A DNA stretch of 64,000 nt from an uncultured Candidatus Saccharibacteria bacterium (GTDB lineage: Bacteria > Patescibacteriota > Minisyncoccia > Phycocordibacterales > JBBTRF01): the NCBI GenBank assembly GCA_964602975.1, contig CAZRTH010000001.1, positions 70,303 to 134,302 of the forward strand, read 5' to 3'. Under the pieces are notes generated by a model. That model saw nothing but the letters and a program-made list of their open reading frames with translations, was not told the origin of the DNA and did no database searches. Position 1 is the stretch's first letter. Every line of letters starts with the position of its first letter. Shown here piece by piece: positions 57,188 through 64,000 of the stretch. A program made the translations under genes and the position numbers.

Positions 57188-57191
57188 CCCA

Positions 57192-57223
57192 CTCCCCCTC
57201 GCCAATTCTACCAAACGTTCAAC
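57192..57223. repeat. 32-bp direct repeat copy A: fragment duplicating the 3' end of ddl
   Basis: CTCCCCCTCGCCAATTCTACCAAACGTTCAAC vs 58389-58420 CTCCCCCTCGCCAATTCCACCAAATGCTCAAC (29/32). Confidence 0.8.
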
Positions 57224-57491
57224 TGCAATAAAATCCGAAAGCGAATAATACTTCGTTCCAAGCGAACAATCTACCTTGCGTGCAATACTCTGGATCATTA
57301 TGATTTTAGCGGAGTAAAATTGCCTAGGAAAATCTCCTCCTTATCTTCTCTTCTGTCGCTTGAAAAACTCAACCTGCCTCAAACGCTTCACTGCAGCCTC
57401 CCGACTTTTATACGGTCCGCCTAGATTTTTTCCCGTCTTTGATAAAACAAGATACCCATTTTTGCGTTTTCTGATCATGTGCTTGATCTAT

Positions 57492-57896
57492 TTATTTTCT
57501 GCGTCGCGCTCCCTGCGCCTTGCGAATATTCCGCTTTCGAGCCCGCTTCTGAGCTCTCGTTGGCTTCTCGCTCTCGGGAACATTTCTCCGTGGCCTAGCT
57601 GCAAATACATCGCCCTTTCTGTGTACGATCGGACCTCGGACCTGTTTCAATACCGTCTTGGCCTTGGGATCATCGATCACCAATTTCCCCCGAGTATCAA
57701 CATGTGCTTTCTTTTTTTCCACGAGCCAAGTGACCGTATCCCAGCTACCGCTCCTACGCTTCCCCGCAATACGCTCGAGCCCGTCGCGCTCTCCGACATC
57801 TTGCGTCCTAAAAGTCACGAATTCGCTCTTCGGCCTGATCTCGATCCGATAGAATCGCCCTTTGCCACCGGTACCCGGTTTCTTTCTTGTTGCCAT
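57492..57896 (-). CDS. hypothetical small basic protein (134 aa), co-oriented 5 nt downstream of hsp20
   Basis: K/R-rich termini, central GSWDTVTWLVEKKKAHVDTRGKLVIDD; no known motif. Confidence 0.5.
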   Translation of the reverse strand: MATRKKPGTGGKGRFYRIEIRPKSEFVTFRTQDVGERDGLERIAGKRRSGSWDTVTWLVEKKKAHVDTRGKLVIDDPKAKTVLKQVRGPIVHRKGDVFAARPRRNVPESEKPTRAQKRARKRNIRKAQGARRRK

Positions 57897-57901
57897 AGGT
57901 A

Positions 57902-58306
57902 TTATTTTTTAGTTTTAACCTTACCTCTTTTCTCACCTTCGACCTTCGGGAGAGTGATAGTGAGCACGCCATCTTTGCAAGTCGCCTTCACCTGGTCTTC
58001 TTTGACACGATCCGGTAGTGTGAATTCCCGTCGAAATTCGCCGAAGAATCGCTCATATCGATACGGCCTCGTGCTTTTGTCGGTCTCCACTTCTCGCTCG
58101 GACTTGCCGCTGATCGTCATCCAATTGTCCTGAACATCAATATTGATATCTTCAGGGTTGATGCCCGGCACATTGGCTACAACTTTTACTTCCGTATCGG
58201 TTTCGCTCACGTCGACTCGCGGAACATCGTCTTCAAATTCATCCAAAAAGATCTCCCGCTCTGGTTTGACGATTGCTCTGATGCTTTTTTTCTTTTCTTT
58301 TTTCAT
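57902..58306 (-). CDS. Hsp20/alpha-crystallin family small heat-shock protein
   Basis: 134 aa; alpha-crystallin domain ...FRREFTLPDRVKEDQVKATCKDGVLTITLPK... Confidence 0.85.
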   Translation of the reverse strand: MKKEKKKSIRAIVKPEREIFLDEFEDDVPRVDVSETDTEVKVVANVPGINPEDINIDVQDNWMTISGKSEREVETDKSTRPYRYERFFGEFRREFTLPDRVKEDQVKATCKDGVLTITLPKVEGEKRGKVKTKK

Positions 58307-58329
58307 GTTGTTTTTTGATTAGTGAAATA

Positions 58330-58353
58330 TAAAAAATGAGGATACATATCCTC
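58330..58353 (-). terminator. rho-independent terminator after ddl (GAGGAT-atgt-ATCCTC then U-run)
   Basis: 16-bp palindrome GAGGATACATATCCTC followed on minus strand by ATTTTTTATATTT. Confidence 0.5.
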
Positions 58354-58384
58354 TGCTTTAGACGATTTGAATTGTAGATACTTA

Positions 58385-59416
58385 CTACCTCCCCCTCGCC
58401 AATTCCACCAAATGCTCAACAAGCTCGGTCAAACCGGAACCCACCGCCCGCATTGCCTTTGGGAACAGTGAATGTTCAGTGAGGCCAGGCAAAGTGTTCA
58501 CCTCCAAGAAATACACTCCGCGGCGCGGATGCACGATAAAATCCGATCGAGAATAGTGCTTCAATCCGAGCGAGCGATGCACCTCGCGCGCCATACGCTG
58601 GATCTCGGCGCTTTCAGTCGGGGTAAAATTACCTGGGCAAATTTCTTCACTCGCACCACCATATTTCGCTTCATAATCAAAAAGTGGCGAGCCGGCTTGT
58701 TTGCGGATCTCCACCGGTGGCAATGCGTAGTGTTTCTCCCCGCGAAAATGGTCAACCACTCCGCACGTCGCCTCTTTGCCTGCAATATATTCCTCGATCA
58801 GCACTGTATCGCCATGCTCGAAAGCCGAATGAATCGCCTTCTCCAATTCCTTCAGAGTACCGACGACAGAGACACCGATCGACGAACCGGCACTCGCCGG
58901 CTTCACCACTGCCGGATGAGGGAAACTCCTAAACACTTCGGCAGCTTTTTTTGCAACATTCTTCACCTCTTCTTTTCGCAAGACCAGATGCACCGCCGTC
59001 TTTATCTTCCCCGCGCCACTCGATCCACCACCTTGCGCTGCATGATGTGCCAAGTGCTTTTTAGTGAGCACTTTGTTCATCGCGACAGCCGAAGCCAGCG
59101 CGCCAGAGCCGGTGTACGCCGCTTTGTACGCATCCAAAAGAGTCTGGATCTTGCCATCCTCACCAAAACTGCCGTGAAGCGCGTTGAAGAGAACATCAAC
59201 ATGCTTCATGATCTGCTCCGGTTTTTTCTCCACGCCGTCAAAATGCCATTTGCCGTCACGCGTGATGAGAACATCGTGCACGCGATATTTAGAAGTCGGC
59301 AGATGTTTGATCACTGTGCCACCTGTTTGGAGCGAAACAGGATATTCAGAAGAAGTGCCGCCGCGCACCACGCCGACACGAATCTTTGAAGCCGTTTTGT
59401 GCGAGCCTGCCGTCAT
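58385..59416 (-). CDS. ddl: D-alanine--D-alanine ligase
   Basis: 343 aa; ATP-grasp fold, C-terminal ...SRSDFIVHPRRGVYFLEVNTLPGLTEHSLFP... Confidence 0.9.
   Translation of the reverse strand: MTAGSHKTASKIRVGVVRGGTSSEYPVSLQTGGTVIKHLPTSKYRVHDVLITRDGKWHFDGVEKKPEQIMKHVDVLFNALHGSFGEDGKIQTLLDAYKAAYTGSGALASAVAMNKVLTKKHLAHHAAQGGGSSGAGKIKTAVHLVLRKEEVKNVAKKAAEVFRSFPHPAVVKPASAGSSIGVSVVGTLKELEKAIHSAFEHGDTVLIEEYIAGKEATCGVVDHFRGEKHYALPPVEIRKQAGSPLFDYEAKYGGASEEICPGNFTPTESAEIQRMAREVHRSLGLKHYSRSDFIVHPRRGVYFLEVNTLPGLTEHSLFPKAMRAVGSGLTELVEHLVELARGR
58389..58420. repeat. 32-bp direct repeat copy B (authentic 3' end of ddl)
   Basis: see copy A at 57192-57223. Confidence 0.8.
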
Positions 59417-59452
59417 GTAAATAGTATATCACGGGCGTTTCGCGCCCGTCGC

Positions 59453-60763
59453 CTATCGCAATCGCCCGCGTAGCGTCCGATGATATTTGATCGCGAAACG
59501 GTGGGCCTCGCTATTGAGCAGCAGGATCTCTTTCCCAAATTTCCTTGCCAATACTTGATGCTGCGGTGCGGCCAAGATCCGTTCCGGTTTGTGCTTGTCA
59601 TTTTTCACCACCGCCACAACGGCAATATCGAAACCTGCCGCTTTCAATGTTTTTTCAGCAGCGCGTTTCTGTGCAGTCGAACCATCCACAACAATGAGAT
59701 TCGGAAAAGTCCATTCGGAATGCGTAAGTCTGCGCGACAGGATCTCTTGGAGCGAAGCGATGTCATTCACATCCGTCGAACGGCCGACCTCGGCACGCTT
59801 CACTTTGAACATACGATATTCGGACTTTCGGAGCTGCCGATCTTCGAGCACCGTCATCACGCCGACCGTATTTTTGCCGGACAGGTGCGCCACGTCGTAT
59901 GCCTCGATGCGAAACAACGCTTCGGGCGATTTCGGGCCACCATTCACAGTGACGCCCGTATCTTTTGCCATCGATACATCATCCTGTTCCTTTATCAGTC
60001 CAATATCCTGAATGTGATTGAGTGCAAAGATCGTCCTTTTCACTTCATTGGCCTCCTCAAAACGCCGCTCTTTGGCAAGCGCTCGCATGTCTTTTTCGAG
60101 CTCGCGAATGAGAATACCTTTTTTGCCTTCGAGAAACAGTTTCAATCGCGCGATCGTCTTTTTGTATTCGGTCGAGGATACTTCACCAGTGCACACTCCC
60201 GGACAGAGGCCGAGCTGTCGATTGAAACACGGCCGACAGGCTGAACCATCGCACGGTGTGCATCGATCGCGGAACGGAAAGATCTTCCGCACGATCTTCA
60301 ATCCGTCACGCAAGATGCTCCCATTCGAATACGGACCAAGCACGGCTTGGAAACGCGTCGTAGAACTTTCGACATCTTTGTTGCGCATAATGAGCACGCG
60401 CGGAAATGCCTCGTCGGTGATGACAATGCAATTGAAGCTTTTATCGGATTTTTCTTTCGTGTTGTACCGAGGTTGATGTTGCTTGATGAGATTGGCTTCC
60501 AAAATGATCGCTTCGAGTACGGAGTCGGTCTGGACGAAATCAACCTTCTCGGCGTGAAAGATCATGTCGACCACCAGCGGCCCTCGGGTGTGGATAATGT
60601 CATCGTTGAAATAGCTACGGACGCGGTCGGAGAGCGAAGTGGCACGGCCAATATAGAGGATTTCTTGGCCATTTTCCTTGTTTTTTGCTGTTTTTTGGCC
60701 AATGAAAAAATAGACGCCTGGGGCGTCGGGCAAGATCTTCCAGGGCTCTCCTTGACTCGTCAT
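59453..60763 (-). CDS. uvrC: excinuclease ABC subunit C, short form lacking C-terminal (HhH)2 domain
   Basis: 436 aa; GIY-YIG (GVYFFIGQ...ILYIGRATSLSDRVRSYF), Cys cluster, UVR domain, RNase H-like endonuclease domain (EAYDVAHL...). Confidence 0.85.
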   Translation of the reverse strand: MTSQGEPWKILPDAPGVYFFIGQKTAKNKENGQEILYIGRATSLSDRVRSYFNDDIIHTRGPLVVDMIFHAEKVDFVQTDSVLEAIILEANLIKQHQPRYNTKEKSDKSFNCIVITDEAFPRVLIMRNKDVESSTTRFQAVLGPYSNGSILRDGLKIVRKIFPFRDRCTPCDGSACRPCFNRQLGLCPGVCTGEVSSTEYKKTIARLKLFLEGKKGILIRELEKDMRALAKERRFEEANEVKRTIFALNHIQDIGLIKEQDDVSMAKDTGVTVNGGPKSPEALFRIEAYDVAHLSGKNTVGVMTVLEDRQLRKSEYRMFKVKRAEVGRSTDVNDIASLQEILSRRLTHSEWTFPNLIVVDGSTAQKRAAEKTLKAAGFDIAVVAVVKNDKHKPERILAAPQHQVLARKFGKEILLLNSEAHRFAIKYHRTLRGRLR

Positions 60764-60869
60764 CGCTTCTATAGTACTATATTATCCAGCTAAATCAACC
60801 GCTCGCGTAGCTTTTCCTTCATCGGACAAGCCGCGTAGCACAACCGCAACGTCCGCGCACATTACGAAT

Positions 60870-61118
60870 ATGAAAAACGCACTCTGGTTCAGTCTCTGGC
60901 TCGCCGTCGCCGTCTTCGCATACTTCGTCGGCCAACCGCTCGTCACCTTCGTGATCGCCATCCTGGCGGCAACCGAGATCTACGCGCAGTTCAAGCTGCG
61001 GCCGTCAGCTTCGACTGGCAACGCGAACAATGGCAGTAGCAGTGGCAGCAGCATCTCAAAGGCGCTCGCCTCAAACGGACACGGAAGCCGTCGCCATGAT
61101 TGGATGCTCCTGCTCTGA
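60870..61118 (+). CDS. hypothetical small membrane protein (82 aa)
   Basis: two hydrophobic helices then S/G/N-rich tail; GC-rich hairpin plus T-run terminator at ~61135-61170. Confidence 0.4.
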   Translation: MKNALWFSLWLAVAVFAYFVGQPLVTFVIAILAATEIYAQFKLRPSASTGNANNGSSSGSSISKALASNGHGSRRHDWMLLL

Positions 61119-61134
61119 GCCACCACTCTCCCCA

Positions 61135-61170
61135 CCCCGCACCTGCACAGGTCGCGGGGGTTCTTTTTTA
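61135..61170 (+). terminator. rho-independent terminator (CCCCGCACCTG..CAGGTcGCGGGG then TTCTTTTTTATTT)
   Basis: long GC-rich stem followed by T-run after 60870-61118. Confidence 0.5.
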
Positions 61171-61398
61171 TTTCGACAAGCGAGGATCGCATGAGAATGT
61201 TTCATTCTCATGACGTCCGAGCGCAGTCGTCACAAAGGGTACAAAACCCCTCGGCTTTGCCGAGGACCCTTTGGGTCCAGGGCTTGCCCTGGGGTTTAAT
61301 ACCCTTTATTTCAAAAATTGAAAACAGCAAAAAAGAAAACGCCTCCGGCCGAAACCGGAAGCGCTTGAACGAATACCAATCGAACACGTATCAGCCGC

Positions 61399-62379
61399 TC
61401 ACTCAGCGTCAGCTTCCAGCCGACGCTGCAACACACGATCTGGATCCGGAATCCCCTTTTGAACATCCCACGCGAGATCGCTCAGCTCCATCAGCTTGAT
61501 GAAGACGTAGCTCGCATCGAAGTAGGGGTGATCCAAGCCGTGCAGTGACGAATTCGGGAAGGCGTGATGATAGTTGTGCCAACCTTCGCCGAGCGCGAGG
61601 ATGCCGACCAACCAACTGTTCTGCGAACGGTCGCTCGTGCTCACCTCGTGACTCCCCCAGAGATGGCAATAGCTATTCACCATCGAGGTGACATGTTGGT
61701 GGATGAAGAGACGAATCGCGCCGCCCCAGAGGAAGCCGAGTAACGCCCCCTTCCACGTGCCTTCGTGCAAAAAGCCGAGGCCCGCGGGAATGAGGAGCCC
61801 GATCGTGATCCAGAGAGCGATATGTCGATCGACAAAGGACACGATCGGATCGACAGTGAGGCGCCTGAAAGCAGCGTTCTGCGGGATCGGGATTCCCTTC
61901 AGCATCCAGCCGAATTGGGCGTGCCAGAAACCCTTCCATAGATTGAGAAAGGACACTTTGGTGAACTTTCCATCGTCGTCGAGACAATACTTCCAGGGCG
62001 AATGCGGGTCGCCGGCTTCGTCGCTGTGAACATGATGATGTTGATGCAACGAGCACCAAGTGACGATCTGCCCTTGGGCAGCCATGGCGCCGGTGATGGC
62101 ACCAAAATACTTCATCACAGGCATCACTTCAAACGAAGCGTGGGTGAAGAATCGGTGATACCAGACGGTGGTGCCAAAACCGGCCACAATGTAGCAGCCA
62201 ATGAAGAGCCCGACGTAGAACCAGTCGAAGCTGCCGTGATAGACCTGAAAGGCGATCGCGCCCAGCAAGCCGAGGAACGGCAGCAGCCAGAAGACAATGA
62301 TCGTCGCCTTGTCGGCGCTGTTGTAAACGAGCGGAGCATGCGCGTGCGAAGACGCGCCAGGTGAGGGGTGAGTGTTCAT
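61399..62379 (-). CDS. membrane fatty-acid desaturase (acyl-lipid/acyl-CoA Delta9-type)
   Basis: 326 aa; His boxes HRFFTH, HHHVHSD(E), HNYHHAFP; 4 TM. Confidence 0.85.
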   Translation of the reverse strand: MNTHPSPGASSHAHAPLVYNSADKATIIVFWLLPFLGLLGAIAFQVYHGSFDWFYVGLFIGCYIVAGFGTTVWYHRFFTHASFEVMPVMKYFGAITGAMAAQGQIVTWCSLHQHHHVHSDEAGDPHSPWKYCLDDDGKFTKVSFLNLWKGFWHAQFGWMLKGIPIPQNAAFRRLTVDPIVSFVDRHIALWITIGLLIPAGLGFLHEGTWKGALLGFLWGGAIRLFIHQHVTSMVNSYCHLWGSHEVSTSDRSQNSWLVGILALGEGWHNYHHAFPNSSLHGLDHPYFDASYVFIKLMELSDLAWDVQKGIPDPDRVLQRRLEADAE

Positions 62380-62452
62380 AATAGGTTGGGAAAGGGCGAA
62401 ACCGGTGTCGATTATAACATGCGAAAGTGGATATTTTCACAACGCTCGAAAA

Positions 62453-62537
62453 AGAGGGGTGTGTCCGCCGACTTTTTTGAGTACCCGCGGATTTGTCATA
62501 CGAAAGTATGAGGAAAGTATGACAAATCCGCGGGTAC
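62453..62537. promoter_or_regulatory. copy 2 of conserved palindromic element; perfect 21-bp inverted repeat GTACCCGCGGATTTGTCATAC-15 nt-GTATGACAAATCCGCGGGTAC
   Basis: arms 62481-62501 and 62517-62537 exact reverse complements; left flank gaggggtgt..gacttttttgag matches copy 1; sits between divergent desaturase (start 62379) and promoter TTGACG-16-TAGCAT (62568-62595) of 62635 ORF. Confidence 0.65.
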
Positions 62538-62634
62538 GTAAAAATGCCCGCCAGTACCTCTAGACAGTTGACGAAAATCTCAAAAGTTGTAGCATTATCA
62601 ATAGTCAGTCAACCCTTTACCTGTGGAGGTCAGC

Positions 62635-62934
62635 ATGAAGTTCTTCAAATGGATTCTCTCGGCTATTCGCTACCTGTGGAGCGGCATCAAGGTCTTCGGA
62701 GGTGTCGGCATCTGGCTCGCGATTGTCGCAGTGGTGTGCATAATCTTTGGCTGCATCACGAGCGGAGTAACCGCCGTTCTCGCACTTCTCCTTCCCCACC
62801 TCGTGCCGCTCAGCGCAACGCTCCTCGTCGCCAAATGGACAGCCATCGTCGTTGCCGTTGCCTGCGCGCTCGTCACTGCGTATGCCGCGTGGGTCAATGA
62901 TGACTCGGAGGATCAGGCCGAGCCGCAAAGGTGA
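62635..62934 (+). CDS. hypothetical small membrane protein (~99 aa, 3 TM)
   Basis: ATG preceded by GGAGG (5-nt spacing) and TTGACG-16-TAGCAT promoter; track ORF starts at GTG 62623. Confidence 0.5.
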   Translation: MKFFKWILSAIRYLWSGIKVFGGVGIWLAIVAVVCIIFGCITSGVTAVLALLLPHLVPLSATLLVAKWTAIVVAVACALVTAYAAWVNDDSEDQAEPQR

Positions 62935-62974
62935 GTCGCAATCGCTCCCGCCAATGAAGTCACTCAGACAAACT

Positions 62975-63006
62975 AAAAACGGCACCCGCGCAGGGATGCC
63001 GTTTTT
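62975..63006. terminator. bidirectional rho-independent terminator AAAAACGGCA-12 nt loop-TGCCGTTTTT
   Basis: 6-bp stem with A-run upstream and T-run downstream between convergent 62635-62934 and uvrA. Confidence 0.55.
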
Positions 63007-63033
63007 CATTTGCTCGAATTTACCCCTTTGCAC

Positions 63034-64000
63034 CTATTTCTCCAACATCTTCTTCAAATACTTGCCGGTATATGACTTGGCATTGTTCGCGACCTCTTCG
63101 GGAGTGCCCTTGGCCACAAGCTTTCCGCCACCGGAACCGCCTTCAGGGCCAATGTCGATGACGTAGTCGGAAGATTTGATGATATCCAAATTGTGTTCGA
63201 TCACCATCACGGTATTCCCCTTTTGCACAAGTTTTTGGAGGATCTCGATGAGCTTCTTCACATCCTCATAATGGAGGCCGATCGATGGCTCGTCGAGCAA
63301 ATAGATCGTCTTCTGCATGTGCGGTCGGTACAACTCAGAAGAGATCTTCACACGTTGCGCTTCCCCGCCAGAAAGCGTGGTGGCTGATTGACCAAGTTGC
63401 AAGTAGCCGAGGCCTACTTCTTGCAACGTTTCAAGACGATCAGCGATGGATGGAATGTCGTGGAAAAATTCAAGTGCTTCGTCGATGGTCATGGTGAGTA
63501 CGTCGTAGATCGACTTCTTTTTGTATTTCACTTCGAGGGTTTCTTTCATGAAGCGCTTGCCGTTACAGACATCGCAAGGGACGTAGACGGTCGGAAGGAA
63601 GTGCATTTCCACGGCGATCTCGCCGTTGCCTTGGCAGACTTCGCAGCGGCCGCCTTTGACGTTGAAGGAAAAGCGGTTGGCCTTCCAGCCGCGAGCACGG
63701 GCTTCCGTGCTCGCGGCGAAAAGGTCGCGGATGAAAGTGAAAGCGCCGGTGTACGTCGCTGGATTCGAACGCGGAGTACGGCCTATCGGCGACTGGTCGA
63801 TCAAAATAGTGCGGCCGATATATTCAGTACCAGTGAACGACGAACAATTGTATGTTTCGTTGCTGCGGTATTTGCGCTCAAAACGCGCCTGCAGATTTTT
63901 GTGGATCACCTCGTACATGAGCGACGACTTTCCGGAGCCAGACACGCCGGTCACTGCCACGAGTCGGCTGAGCGGCACGTCGACATCCATCTGTTTGATA
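63034..64000 (-). CDS. uvrA: excinuclease ABC subunit A, C-terminal part (gene continues beyond window end)
   Basis: second ABC ATPase module: Walker A GVSGSGKSSL, signature LSGGEAQRVKISSEL, Walker B IYLLDEPSIGLH, C-terminal ...GGSGGGKLVAKGTPEEV. Confidence 0.9.
   Translation of the reverse strand, partial: IKQMDVDVPLSRLVAVTGVSGSGKSSLMYEVIHKNLQARFERKYRSNETYNCSSFTGTEYIGRTILIDQSPIGRTPRSNPATYTGAFTFIRDLFAASTEARARGWKANRFSFNVKGGRCEVCQGNGEIAVEMHFLPTVYVPCDVCNGKRFMKETLEVKYKKKSIYDVLTMTIDEALEFFHDIPSIADRLETLQEVGLGYLQLGQSATTLSGGEAQRVKISSELYRPHMQKTIYLLDEPSIGLHYEDVKKLIEILQKLVQKGNTVMVIEHNLDIIKSSDYVIDIGPEGGSGGGKLVAKGTPEEVANNAKSYTGKYLKKMLEK

Noticed and set aside
57360-58133. 257-aa plus-strand ORF spanning the hsp20 region
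   Set aside because: Antisense to two well-supported minus-strand genes (hsp20 alpha-crystallin domain and 134-aa gene). The product is S/L/R-rich low-complexity, typical of a shadow ORF.
58338-58353. Palindrome GAGGATACATATCCTC upstream of hsp20 as a possible heat-shock operator
   Set aside because: It sits directly after the ddl stop codon and is followed by a U-run on the coding strand. An intrinsic terminator for ddl is the simpler explanation, though an operator role is not excluded.
63758-63775. tRNA T-arm-like string tggattcgaacgcggag
   Set aside because: Lies inside the uvrA coding frame and no cloverleaf can be folded around it.

Overview
This 64-kb window is chromosomal DNA from a small-genome bacterium. 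I infer a Patescibacteria/CPR-like organism from sequence features alone: four aminoacyl-tRNA synthetase genes, truncated AlaRS and UvrC, a 1973-aa secreted protein with tandem PKD-like repeats, many bitopic membrane proteins of unknown function, and an almost complete lack of Shine-Dalgarno sequences. Most genes are on the minus strand. Recognisable genes: aspS-like, msbA-like ABC exporter, trpS, two histidine kinases, a receiver-only response regulator, plsC-like acyltransferase, dnaJ, dnaK, grpE, the rplM-rpsI and rpsM-rpsK-rpsD-rpoA-rplQ ribosomal block with infA and rpmJ, alaS, pepF, mnmA, mltG, leuS, ychF, zwf, trhO, gmk, ddl, uvrC, partial uvrA, a fatty-acid desaturase, hsp20, a GIY-YIG nuclease, and tRNA-Ala(UGC). 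Features most worth a second look: (1) LeuRS carrying an in-frame Nudix hydrolase domain between the ZN-1 knuckle and the CP1 editing domain. (2) An ~85-bp palindromic element present twice, in the dnaK-dnaJ spacer and upstream of the desaturase. (3) An actin-fold ATPase flanked by two bitopic membrane proteins sitting in the ribosomal operon where secY/adk/map normally lie. (4) A 2TM plus beta-rich C-terminal domain protein next to a higher-GC unknown gene and a GIY-YIG nuclease. (5) A 32-bp duplication of the ddl 3' end bracketing an hsp20 islet, with an AT-rich, SD-bearing cysteine-repeat secreted protein gene beside tRNA-Ala. (6) A protein with an N-terminal sigma-70 region-4 HTH fused to a C-terminal HARE-HTH. 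(7) Pervasive -10 boxes 6-10 nt upstream of start codons, implying leaderless mRNAs. (8) A perfect 21-bp inverted repeat directly after rpsI. No CRISPR array, rRNA or transposase was seen. Coordinates of non-CDS features were counted by hand and may be off by a few nt.
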